Positions 8,841 through 17,331 of a DNA stretch of 54,265 bases are shown one piece after another; within the stretch, counting starts at the first letter, position 1; each line of letters opens with the position of its first letter. This stretch comes from a virus (Duplodnaviria; Caudoviricetes). Below the pieces are notes generated by a model. The model was not told the origin of the DNA, did not search any database, and saw only the letters and a program-made list of their open reading frames with translations. The translations under genes and the position numbers were made by a program. The stretch spans positions 1 to 54,265 of the IMG/VR virus record IMGVR_UViG_3300044471_000002. One strand, written 5' to 3'.

Positions 8841-9383
8841 ATGAAAGAATTGCTCAAAGCGACTTTGAGTTTTGTAGCTGATAAGAAAGACCCGCGATAC
8901 TATCTGCGTGGTGTGTGCTTCACCCGTGAAGACGGAAAAGTCCGTTTAGAGGTGAGCAACGGCCACTCCGCTCTCATCGCCACAATATTTAACCCGGACG
9001 TGGTGGCCTGTTTTGTAGAAGGCCGCCATGCGTACACAGCGGAATCTATCGCCAACGGGCTTAAAGTAGGTGGCGTGACGATAGAACAGCGAGAAGGTGA
9101 CCTGTTCCTTGGCGCCATCAAGTTAGAAAAGGTCGATTGCAATTACCCTGACGTTCTACGGGCTACCGGGTATTTCTCATCTCAAGGCGTGCCTGACGTA
9201 GAGAAAGGGGTAGACTTCAAGAAGCTAGCTAAAGTCTGCAAGGGCGTGCAAGACCTTCTTGCCGAGCAAAAGTATAAGACCGGTAAAGCGATCCAATCTC
9301 AAGCGTCAGCTGCTTTCAAGTGGAAAGGTGCGCTGCCAGATGGTACTGAATGGGAGGCGGTTCTTATGCCGTGCTGCGTATGA
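8841..9383 (+). CDS. DNA polymerase III beta-clamp-like domain protein
   Basis: KKDPRYYLRGVCF...EVSNGHS...YPDVLR resembles the clamp middle-domain motif R..L.GV...ATDGHRL...YPDY.R; ends VLMP. Confidence 0.6.
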   Translation: MKELLKATLSFVADKKDPRYYLRGVCFTREDGKVRLEVSNGHSALIATIFNPDVVACFVEGRHAYTAESIANGLKVGGVTIEQREGDLFLGAIKLEKVDCNYPDVLRATGYFSSQGVPDVEKGVDFKKLAKVCKGVQDLLAEQKYKTGKAIQSQASAAFKWKGALPDGTEWEAVLMPCCV

Positions 9384-9736
9384 CCTACATGGAACAACTC
9401 GCCGCCTGGATGATTGGCAAACCTGCCATGAGCCCGTCACAGCTTTACGATGCCGGGTGCCCGGTGCGTGGCTACGGGCGTGTGATGGACATCGTCAAGA
9501 TCACCGACTGCCTGCGAGCGATGGTAAACCACCCGAACGTGGAGATTATCCGCTCATTCGGCACGATGACAAAAGTAGATCCGGCTACCGGCGCCGTCAC
9601 GCGCTCTACGGCCAAGCGTCCACTCTACCAGGTGCTGAGCGTTGGCGACCTCACGCCAGCGCCACGCCAAGGACAAACCAAATCGCAGCCCAAAGAGGCT
9701 GACTGGAGCAAAGTATGGCGATGCTTGCAAAAATAG
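9380..9736 (+). CDS. Hypothetical protein
   Basis: ATGA overlap with the upstream gene. Confidence 0.7.
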   Translation: MTYMEQLAAWMIGKPAMSPSQLYDAGCPVRGYGRVMDIVKITDCLRAMVNHPNVEIIRSFGTMTKVDPATGAVTRSTAKRPLYQVLSVGDLTPAPRQGQTKSQPKEADWSKVWRCLQK

Positions 9737-9909
9737 AATGCCTGACGCCCGAGATAGCTGCCGAAGCTGCGAGCTTGGCGTTGAGTGGCCACGTAGTCGG
9801 CACGGCGGCGATCGTGCTGGTAGATAACGCCGGGCAGCTTGGGAGACTGCAAGGCATGGTGGCTGGGTGGATTGGGGATTTGACTAGCGAGGATGAGCAA
9901 GGGGCCTAA
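9721..9909 (+). CDS. Hypothetical protein
   Basis: GGAG RBS; ends at a hairpin. Confidence 0.55.
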   Translation: MLAKIECLTPEIAAEAASLALSGHVVGTAAIVLVDNAGQLGRLQGMVAGWIGDLTSEDEQGA

Positions 9910-9925
9910 TAGGCCCCTTAGTTTT
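9899..9925. terminator. Probable bidirectional terminator
   Basis: AAGGGGCCT-AAT-AGGCCCCTT between convergent genes. Confidence 0.75.
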
Positions 9926-9928
9926 GTA

Positions 9929-10606
9929 TCAGTGGAAGATAAAGCCTTGTTTCGATATCCCTGAAAAGCGGATCGGCCTTTTCTCGACATCCATTCCCTT
10001 AACCGCAGACACAAATTTTATCCGGCGAGCCATGTTGGTGCCGTACATCTCGCAGAAGAGCAAATAAGCATCTTCGGTCGGAATGGTGCCAGTGCCCGAC
10101 ATGTTGGCCACAAACTCCTGAATAGCCTGCTCGAACGTCAAGCCGTGAGCCACTGCATGAGCGCGGGGCTTCTTGCTGGCTGCCTTGGTGCGGGCTGATG
10201 GCAGCTTACGCATCCCTACCGATCGAAGCACCGCATTCTCCGCCTCGGTCACAGTGAGCAACCCCGCTGCCAGCAGCCCCTTGATCTGATCGACGTGTGA
10301 TAGAGCTGTCGGTCGGCTTGCCACGCCTTCTTCAAGCTCCTGCCAGCGGTCAACGATACGGGCGGTAAACTCTGGGCAGTTCTGGGCCACCAGGATTATG
10401 GAGTCGCGCTTGTTGAGGTGGTACTCCGGGTAGACACGGCCTCTCCCATTCGTAAAGTCTGACTCAGCCAATGGCTGAGTGAAAATACCCTGCTCAGAAA
10501 GCCGTTCAGCACTGCGCTTGATATCGCTATGGTTCTTGCCGAGCATCTCCGCAATCTCGCGGGTCCCCATGGTGAGGGTATCGCTCATTTCAATCAGTTG
10601 GCCCAT
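9929..10606 (-). CDS. Rha-family regulatory protein with primase-like C-terminal winged-helix domain
   Basis: TMGTREIAEMLGKNHSDIKRS...YHLNKRDS..LVAQ..PEFTARIVDRWQELE (Rha); GGAGG RBS; C-terminus resembles the primase C-terminus. Confidence 0.85.
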   Translation of the reverse strand: MGQLIEMSDTLTMGTREIAEMLGKNHSDIKRSAERLSEQGIFTQPLAESDFTNGRGRVYPEYHLNKRDSIILVAQNCPEFTARIVDRWQELEEGVASRPTALSHVDQIKGLLAAGLLTVTEAENAVLRSVGMRKLPSARTKAASKKPRAHAVAHGLTFEQAIQEFVANMSGTGTIPTEDAYLLFCEMYGTNMARRIKFVSAVKGMDVEKRPIRFSGISKQGFIFH

Positions 10607-10622
10607 GTGGCCTCCATAAAGT

Positions 10623-10728
10623 AAGCCCGCGTGAGTTGGAACGGCTGCTACCACAGCTCCCCACGCGGGCTTCTAGTCTTGGTAGTTTGGTGCTTAAGGC
10701 TTTTGGCCTGCAGCCTGCACGAGTTCCA
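10623..10728 (-). promoter_or_regulatory. Structured 5' leader with complementary boxes (C4-antisense-like)
   Basis: 11-bp stem 10623-10633/10662-10672; enclosed UGGUAG and GUUCCA are complementary to upstream CUACCA and UGGAAC. Confidence 0.55.
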
Positions 10729-10746
10729 CGTCGAGAAGGCACTTAT

Positions 10747-10774
10747 ATAGTAGCACAGGCGTCTGGGGGCGCAA
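10747..10774 (-). promoter_or_regulatory. Putative promoter for the Rha gene
   Basis: TTGCGC-16 nt-TACTAT with TG extension on the minus strand. Confidence 0.55.
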
Positions 10775-11105
10775 ACAGGAGGGTGTCCCGCATTGCGGTA
10801 CACCCGTTACGAACTTTTCGTAACCCGCGACGCACTCGCCTACGAGAAGACATGAGGACTCTTCCAATGGAAGACTCCGACCGCGCATCTTATGCACTTC
10901 AGGTGAATATATCCATGCGCTACAAAACAACAATATCTCGCCGCGACGGCAAGAATTAGCGACTTATAGCTCTGCTTATTTAAGGGCACTATTTCTAACC
11001 ACCCACCACCGCCATTTGTAGCATTGTTCACCTACGTGCAGCTATGCAGTCCGTTTTTGTCCACATCGGCGCGGCAACTGTAACAGCGAGAGACCCAAAC
11101 TAGGC

Positions 11106-11334
11106 TCTCTTATTTAAGGAAATTTTACTTATTTTAAGCTTAAATAATAGATGCTCAAACGACTCTCTCAAGCATGAAACTGATACACCTACTGAATCAA
11201 CTAAACCCATAATCTATAAGGCTTTTTCAGAAGCTATATTACTTATTATTTAATTGTATAATAAATATAAAAGTATATATAAAGACTATAGAAACCTTAG
11301 AAAGAAAGATGGGTCGATCTGAGTGATACAGTGA
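11106..11334. repeat. AT-rich origin-like element, copy A
   Basis: Direct repeat of 49792-50021 with exact blocks of 34, 25, 40 and 32 nt; non-coding. Confidence 0.9.
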
Positions 11335-11417
11335 CGCGCATGCATATTCAACGGTCTTTGCGTGGCTATGGTGACCCGTGCTACAATGTCGGCAATTGAT
11401 AGCTAGAGATTGCGCTA

Positions 11418-11828
11418 ATGTCTGACGTACTCGTCAAGATTGTCAAAGCAGAAGCCGAGCAGCCGCTCGTATATGGCTGGGGTAGCGTGTGCAAGGTACG
11501 CGCCGCTGACGGCCAGATGACCGACTACTGGGACACCGACAACGAGAGCTTCCCGGAAGATGTGACAGAGAAGGCGTGGCGAGACTTCATGAAGAACGCC
11601 CGCCATATGGACGTCATGCACGACGAGAAGCCTATGGGTAAAGTCGTCTATGCCATGCCGATGACCGAGGAGATCGCCGCGTCGTTCGGCATCCTCGACG
11701 CGCTCCAGCAGACCGGAGTGATGGTCGGCGTGGAAGTGACAGACCCCGAGGTACTCGGCAAATTCCGTTCAGGGGAGTATACTGGTTTTTCAATCGGGGG
11801 CGCTGCGCGATTCGACGATGCGGTTTGA
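11418..11828 (+). CDS. Prohead maturation protease (XkdF-like)
   Basis: LVYGW...DTDNE...VMHD...GEYTGFSIGG; located upstream of scaffold and capsid genes. Confidence 0.88.
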   Translation: MSDVLVKIVKAEAEQPLVYGWGSVCKVRAADGQMTDYWDTDNESFPEDVTEKAWRDFMKNARHMDVMHDEKPMGKVVYAMPMTEEIAASFGILDALQQTGVMVGVEVTDPEVLGKFRSGEYTGFSIGGAARFDDAV

Positions 11829-12825
11829 CGGAACAACGCATCCACGTAAAGCCGTGGAACTGAAAATTGGGTACCTTAGCGCCGTCGACATGCCAGCGCA
11901 TGAAGGTGCGCAAGTTACCATCCTCAAGGCGCGTATGACTACTAAGGAGCCAGACGCCATGCAACCAGTCCTCAAGACTATTTTCAGCCAGGCGCTGGCC
12001 GAGAAGCAGTACGAGAAGGTGGTCGACGAGATGCTGTGCCAAGCGTGGGAGATGAGTCTCAACTCTGCTCTGCGCGAGTCAGCGGAAGAGATCGCCAAAG
12101 ACCCCAACCTCGACGAGCCCGGCAAGCAAGCCGCTCTGCGCGCAGCTGTGGATGAGTACATTGTCCGCCTGCACAGCGCCATGGTCGGCACGCCGGTCAC
12201 CAAGACACACGAAGACACTGCTAAACAGGAGGCCGACATGGCTGACGAGCAAACCCAGGCCGAGTTGGCCAAGTATAAAGCGCTCTCCGAGCTCTCCGAC
12301 GTCCAGAAAGCGCACTATGCGACTCTGAGCGAAGCTGAGCAAGTAGAATTCCTCAAAGGCAAGCGTGAAGTACCAGCCGACGAGTCGTTTACCGACGTTG
12401 ACGGCGCGGTGATCTCCAAGTCCGCTGTCGGCTCCGCAGCGTATCAGGTCATGAAGGCTCAAAACGCCCGTCTGGCCAAGATGCAGGACGATCTGGACAT
12501 GCAGACCCTGACCAAGCGTGCCGAGGCCGAGCTCAAGCATCTGCCGGGCGAAGTTGTGGCCAAGGCCCGCGTGCTGAAAGCCATCGACAAGATGCCGGAA
12601 GCTGAGCGAGCTACCCTCGACCAGATCCTCAAGGCTGCCGATGCTGCCGCCGCTCCGGGCTTCAAGCCTGCCGCTGTGGCTGGTGAAGAGTCCACCGACC
12701 CGGCAGACAAGCTGGAGAAGATGGCTAAGCAGCACGCCGCAGACAATAAGGTCAGTTATAGCGCCGCGTATACCGCTGTACTGGCAACCGACGAAGGCAA
12801 AGCGCTCTATAAGGAGATGCAATAA
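11818..12825 (+). CDS. Capsid scaffolding protein
   Basis: Helical Ala/Glu/Lys-rich protein between protease and capsid genes; N-terminal LSAVDMPAHEGA. Confidence 0.75.
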   Translation: MRFDGTTHPRKAVELKIGYLSAVDMPAHEGAQVTILKARMTTKEPDAMQPVLKTIFSQALAEKQYEKVVDEMLCQAWEMSLNSALRESAEEIAKDPNLDEPGKQAALRAAVDEYIVRLHSAMVGTPVTKTHEDTAKQEADMADEQTQAELAKYKALSELSDVQKAHYATLSEAEQVEFLKGKREVPADESFTDVDGAVISKSAVGSAAYQVMKAQNARLAKMQDDLDMQTLTKRAEAELKHLPGEVVAKARVLKAIDKMPEAERATLDQILKAADAAAAPGFKPAAVAGEESTDPADKLEKMAKQHAADNKVSYSAAYTAVLATDEGKALYKEMQ

Positions 12826-13190
12826 TGGCTACCGAACAGGTATTGATGTGTGACAACAAACTGGCCGGTGCTGACCTCTCCACCGCCCAGTACAAGATCG
12901 TGAAGCTGTCCGGCGCTAACGCCGTGCTGGCTTCCGCTGCTGGCGAGCTGGCCTACGGCGTGCTGCAGAATGCCCCGGTAGCTGGTGATGCTGCTGGTAT
13001 CGCTATCGGCGGCCGCACCAAGATCCAGCTGGGGGCCACCCTCACCCCGGGCACCAAGTTCTCCACCTCGGCGGCGGGCCTGGCGATTGCAGCCATCTCC
13101 ACCCATCAGGTGCTCGGCACTATCGTAGAAGGCGGCGCGTCCGGTGAAATCGGTTCTGCCCTGCTCGACCTCAACGGCGTACTCGCTTAA
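12825..13190 (+). CDS. Head decoration / capsid cement protein
   Basis: Small Gly/Ala-rich protein (AYGVLQN motif) directly before the major capsid gene. Confidence 0.75.
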   Translation: MATEQVLMCDNKLAGADLSTAQYKIVKLSGANAVLASAAGELAYGVLQNAPVAGDAAGIAIGGRTKIQLGATLTPGTKFSTSAAGLAIAAISTHQVLGTIVEGGASGEIGSALLDLNGVLA

Positions 13191-13201
13191 GGAGCTTTGA
13201 C

Positions 13202-14188
13202 ATGCCGCAACCTACTCACAATCAGGTGCACGTCAACCGCCCGTTGACCAACATCTCCATCGCGTATGTGCAAGACGCCGATATGTTCGCGTATCTTCGC
13301 ATGTTCCCGGCCGTTCCGGTCGAGAGCAAGTCCGACACCTATTTCATCTTCCGCAAGGGCGATGCGAAGCGTGACGAGCTGCAACCTCGCGCACCGGGCA
13401 CCGAGTCCGCTGGCTCCGGCTTCAACGTGGACCAAGGCACCTACAACTGCGTGCGCTGGGATAACCACATTGATGTGGCCGACGAGATCCGCGCCAACGC
13501 AGACGACCCGCTCGACATGGACATGGCGTCCACCACGACCCTGACCGAGCGTGGCATGATCCGTCAAGAGCGTATCTTCGCCACCAACTACCTGACCACC
13601 GGCAAGTGGGGCACCGACTACACCGGCGTGGCGTCTAGCCCTACCGGTCTGCAGTTCATCAAGTGGAGTGACTACACCAACTCCGACCCGGTGAACGACG
13701 TGATGAAGGCCCGCACCGCGATCCACAAAGCGACCGGCATGCGCCCGAACAAGCTGTGTCTGGCGCAAGACGTTGCCGACATCCTGGTCGAGCACCCGGA
13801 TATCATCGCCCGTGTGAACAACGGCCAGACCACCGGCGTCGCGCAGGTTGCTGAGTACGCTGACCTTGCCAAGGTGTTCCGTGTGAAGGAAGTCGTGGTG
13901 TCCGGCGCGGTCTACAATAAGGCCAACGAAGGCGCGACCCCCAACATGGACTTCTGTGCCGCTGGCGTGGCGCTGCTGGCCTATGTTGCCGACACCCCGG
14001 CCCTGATGACCCCGTCCGCGGGCTACCGCTTCAACTGGCGTCATCTGGCAGGCAACACCGAAGGTCTGCGCATCAAGAAGTTCCGCATGGAAAACCTTGA
14101 GTCCGACCGCATCGAGATCGGCCTAGCGACCGACATGAAGCTGGTCGGTGCTGACCTCGGCGCACTGTTCAGCGCGGCCATTGATTAA
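13202..14188 (+). CDS. Major capsid protein
   Basis: 328 aa; HVNRPLTNISIAYVQ, FPAVPV, RPNKL; strong TAAGGAG RBS; biased codon use. Confidence 0.92.
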   Translation: MPQPTHNQVHVNRPLTNISIAYVQDADMFAYLRMFPAVPVESKSDTYFIFRKGDAKRDELQPRAPGTESAGSGFNVDQGTYNCVRWDNHIDVADEIRANADDPLDMDMASTTTLTERGMIRQERIFATNYLTTGKWGTDYTGVASSPTGLQFIKWSDYTNSDPVNDVMKARTAIHKATGMRPNKLCLAQDVADILVEHPDIIARVNNGQTTGVAQVAEYADLAKVFRVKEVVVSGAVYNKANEGATPNMDFCAAGVALLAYVADTPALMTPSAGYRFNWRHLAGNTEGLRIKKFRMENLESDRIEIGLATDMKLVGADLGALFSAAID

Positions 14189-14541
14189 TGCTGGCCCGCC
14201 AACCCTTCCATATCGACGAGCCGCTGGTTGTCCGGCGGCACTTCGATGGCTTCCGGCCGGGCGACCCGTTCGACTGGAAAGCTCGGGGTATTAACGTGCG
14301 ACGGGTCGCAACTCTATTTCGTTCGGGTTATCTGGCGCATGGTGTGGCTGAGCGCGAGCCAGAGCCGGTAGCCGCCGAGCCGGTAGCCGCCGAGCCAGAG
14401 CAGACGACCACAGGTGTGGAGTTTGTGCGCAACGGGCCGTGGTACAACGTCGTGTGTGGCGGCGTGGTGCTCAACACGGACGGCGCGTTCAAGGGCCTCA
14501 AGGCCGCCCAGGAATGGGCCGAAGCCAACGGCATCAAGTAA
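14188..14541 (+). CDS. Hypothetical head-associated protein
   Basis: TAATG overlap with the capsid gene; internal EPVAA tandem repeat. Confidence 0.75.
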   Translation: MLARQPFHIDEPLVVRRHFDGFRPGDPFDWKARGINVRRVATLFRSGYLAHGVAEREPEPVAAEPVAAEPEQTTTGVEFVRNGPWYNVVCGGVVLNTDGAFKGLKAAQEWAEANGIK

Positions 14542-14547
14542 CAAGGA

Positions 14548-14583
14548 GGGCCCTACTAGGGCCCTTCTGCTTTGTGGTATACT
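14548..14583 (+). promoter_or_regulatory. Terminator hairpin followed by extended -10 promoter
   Basis: AGGGCCCT-ACT-AGGGCCCT; TGTGGTATACT 14573-14583. Confidence 0.65.
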
Positions 14584-14614
14584 CCCCCCCAAGCACATCA
14601 ACTGGCAGACCATC

Positions 14615-15007
14615 ATGGCTTCTCCATCTGACATCGCATTGGTCAAACTGGCCTTCAAGCTGCGCGACGATTTCTCGTTCACCGACGATGAGATAGGCAC
14701 GCTGCTGGACTCTGGTATGGGTGTCCTCGGCACCATGGTATTCATCTGCGACGCATTTTTAGCCCGGTACACCACAGAGTCCGAGAGCATCAAGGTCGGC
14801 CCGATCGCAATTGATTCAAGCGAGGCGTACAAGGCGTGGGACCTGCTCAAGAAAGACCTTATTATCCGGTTCAATAACGGGATCGGAGTGCCTGGCGTCA
14901 ACCCGATGATGGCGCGACTAGGTATTGCAGGCGCAAGCACCGGCCCAACTGTGCCAGACCAGTTCTGGATTGGCCAGTTCGATAACCCACCCGAGCCGCA
15001 GCCATGA
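14615..15007 (+). CDS. Head-tail adaptor (putative)
   Basis: FTDDEI..LL motif, size and position. Confidence 0.65.
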   Translation: MASPSDIALVKLAFKLRDDFSFTDDEIGTLLDSGMGVLGTMVFICDAFLARYTTESESIKVGPIAIDSSEAYKAWDLLKKDLIIRFNNGIGVPGVNPMMARLGIAGASTGPTVPDQFWIGQFDNPPEPQP

Positions 15008-15402
15008 GTTACGCGACTCGGATACTTGCAGGCGTGAAGAAGGCGATCGGCAAGACCGGCGAGCCCGTCACGCTCACGCGCAAGGTCTCTACGCTCGACC
15101 CGGGCAACCCTACCAAGCCCATCGTGGTCACGACGACTTACACGATGCTTGGGGTTGTGCAGCCTGAGACGAAGTACGACCCCCAGCTGGCCTCAGTGCG
15201 CACACGGACAATCTTCATCCCAGACTTGCTGAGCGTGGAGTCGTCTGGCGTTCCGCTCAACACTATCGACAACGTGGTGTGGGTAAGCAAGCAGGGCGAT
15301 ACGGTGGCCGTCGCGGGCATGACCTATAAACTGCTCGTCAACGAGGCTCCGCGCATTAACGGGCGTCAGGTGGCAGCCATCCACGAGGCGGTGGCGCTAT
15401 GA
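15004..15402 (+). CDS. Head closure / head-tail joining protein (putative)
   Basis: G.PVTLTRK beta-rich protein; synteny. Confidence 0.65.
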   Translation: MSYATRILAGVKKAIGKTGEPVTLTRKVSTLDPGNPTKPIVVTTTYTMLGVVQPETKYDPQLASVRTRTIFIPDLLSVESSGVPLNTIDNVVWVSKQGDTVAVAGMTYKLLVNEAPRINGRQVAAIHEAVAL

Positions 15403-15806
15403 GCAGCAAGCAGCTAGGCCGCATCTTTGCCGAGCTGGACGAGGCTATCAGCGAGCGTGTGAGCGAGTTTACGCTTGAGCTGCATGGCGAGCTGGTGAGT
15501 AATCCTCCTAGTGGAACTCCAATCTCGACGGCGTGGGCCTCAACCAACTGGTGGCCCGCTGTCGGCCAGGCTCCCACAGCTAATGGCGGCCCTGTCGGCG
15601 AGCCAAGCAGCCGGGCCGGTGGGCAGTCGGCAGGTGTGGCAGAGGTTGCCAGCTACAAAATTGCCAGCGGCCAACCCTTGTGGGTGAGTAACAACGTGCC
15701 GTATATCAGCCGGTTGAATGCGGGATGGTCACAACAGGCGCCCGCCGGGTTTGTCGAACAGGCGATCGAAACCACGCTCAGCAAATTCAGGAATAAGCCG
15801 CTATGA
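15399..15806 (+). CDS. Tail completion / neck protein (HK97 gp10-like)
   Basis: TP..T..ASTNW...SNNVPYI.RLNAGWSQQAPAGFVE. Confidence 0.8.
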   Translation: MSSKQLGRIFAELDEAISERVSEFTLELHGELVSNPPSGTPISTAWASTNWWPAVGQAPTANGGPVGEPSSRAGGQSAGVAEVASYKIASGQPLWVSNNVPYISRLNAGWSQQAPAGFVEQAIETTLSKFRNKPL

Positions 15807-16225
15807 CCACAATCAACGCAGCACGCGCCGCCATTCTAAACCGCCTCATCAACTCGGGTTTGCTGCCCATCACGAGTATCGACTTTGGCGGAGGCAGTAT
15901 CGAGACCGAAGGCTTGCCGGCTTCTGGCGTGTGGGCGCGGCCAGTCGTCAAGTTTGCAGGCGGCGGGGTGGATAGTCTGGGCGGCGAGGACGTGGCGACG
16001 CGCCGGGTGCGCAGCGGCACGTGCATAATCCAGGTCTTTGCGGAAGTCGGGCTGGGCGAGTTTGCCGCCGATGAGCTGGCTGACAGCATATTGAGGCTCT
16101 ACGAGGGGCGTGCGGATCGGCCAGTGTATTATCGAGACTGCTATCTGCAAGACGTGGGGAGAGACGACGGGTGGTGGCAAAAGAACGTGGTTATTGGATT
16201 CGATTTTGATGTGGTTTGTGCTTGA
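15803..16225 (+). CDS. Tail terminator protein
   Basis: G...IQVF...G.G.....ELADSI..LY; DGWWQ; synteny. Confidence 0.75.
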   Translation: MTTINAARAAILNRLINSGLLPITSIDFGGGSIETEGLPASGVWARPVVKFAGGGVDSLGGEDVATRRVRSGTCIIQVFAEVGLGEFAADELADSILRLYEGRADRPVYYRDCYLQDVGRDDGWWQKNVVIGFDFDVVCA

Positions 16226-16256
16226 CGCCGCTGCGCATATGAGAGATATTTATCTT
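16222..16256 (+). promoter_or_regulatory. Putative promoter of the SPFH moron
   Basis: TTGACG(16222)...AGATATTTATCT; same layout as at 50738. Confidence 0.55.
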
Positions 16257-16283
16257 GCAAACACACACCATCTCGGAGAAATC

Positions 16284-17237
16284 ATGGAAATCAACGTAAA
16301 GAAAATCGCGGCATATTGCGTAGGCGCACTAGTCGCGGTGTGGCTAGTGCTTAACGTGTTCACTGTCGTAAGTGCGGGCACGTCTAAGGTGCAGACTACA
16401 TTCGGGACAGTTAACCCGAAACACTTTGGTGAGGGTATTCATTTTCCGGTAAACCCTTTCTCCAGCTTCGATACGTTCGATACTCGCAACCAGCGGTACG
16501 AGATCGAGAAGCTTAACATCCCAACACAAGACAGGTTCAACTCCAGCGGCAACGTGACTGTTCTTTATCGGATCGAGGACTCTAAAACACCGTACATCAA
16601 GCAAAATTATGGCACGGCTGACGAGTTCATCGATAAGACCATGCGCCAGCACCTACGGTCTATAGTTCGTGATGAAGGGCGGAAGGTGAAGGACTCTCGC
16701 GGGCTGGCACAATCTGACGTCATGACAGTTCTTCAAGACTCCACTAAAAAGCGTCTGTCAGATGGGCTTGACGGTACCGGCATCGACGTGCAGGACGTGC
16801 TGATTCAAGACATTGAGTTCGACCCACGTATCGCTGACCAGATTTTGGCCACGCAGCAGCGGATCCAACGAGAAGAAGCAGAATCTTCACAGCTCCGCAT
16901 CATTGAAACACAGGCGAAGCAAGCGGTAGCGCAGGCCGAAGGTGAGGCAGGTAAACGGATGGAGCAGGCCAAAGCCGATGCGTATGCCGTGGAAGCGGCA
17001 GCAAAGGCGCAGGCTTTGTCAGTACGTGAAGCTGCGGATGCGGAACGGTATCAACTCGAACAGAAGGCGGTTGGTAATAAGGCACTTCAAGCGTCACTCA
17101 CTGGGGAGATCCTCAAATTGAGAGAACTGGAAGTGAGACAGGTGGAAGCTGGTAAGGGCTGGGATGGGTCGGTCCCCACTACCGTCACTGTTCTTGGAGA
17201 AGGTCAGCAGCCACTGTTCTTGAAGAACATGAAATAA
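16284..17237 (+). CDS. SPFH/Band 7 (prohibitin-like) membrane protein
   Basis: N-terminal TM helix; EGIHFPVNPF; GIDVQDVLIQDI; Ala/Glu coiled coil; WDGSVP. Confidence 0.9.
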   Translation: MEINVKKIAAYCVGALVAVWLVLNVFTVVSAGTSKVQTTFGTVNPKHFGEGIHFPVNPFSSFDTFDTRNQRYEIEKLNIPTQDRFNSSGNVTVLYRIEDSKTPYIKQNYGTADEFIDKTMRQHLRSIVRDEGRKVKDSRGLAQSDVMTVLQDSTKKRLSDGLDGTGIDVQDVLIQDIEFDPRIADQILATQQRIQREEAESSQLRIIETQAKQAVAQAEGEAGKRMEQAKADAYAVEAAAKAQALSVREAADAERYQLEQKAVGNKALQASLTGEILKLRELEVRQVEAGKGWDGSVPTTVTVLGEGQQPLFLKNMK

Positions 17238-17257
17238 TCTACACCACACCACCACCT

Positions 17258-17297
17258 AGCCCGCCCAGTGCGGGCTTTTTATCACCTGTGGTATACT
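17258..17297 (+). terminator. Terminator followed by extended -10 promoter
   Basis: AGCCCGC-CCAGT-GCGGGCTTTTT; TGTGGTATACT 17287-17297. Confidence 0.8.
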
Positions 17298-17331
17298 GTG
17301 CGGGCATGCAAAATTCAGGAGACTTTACGCC

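Noticed and set aside
10636-11031. ORFs 10636-10959, 10694-10933 and 10840-11031
   Set aside because: No convincing RBS; they overlap the Rha promoter/leader and hairpins; treated as non-coding
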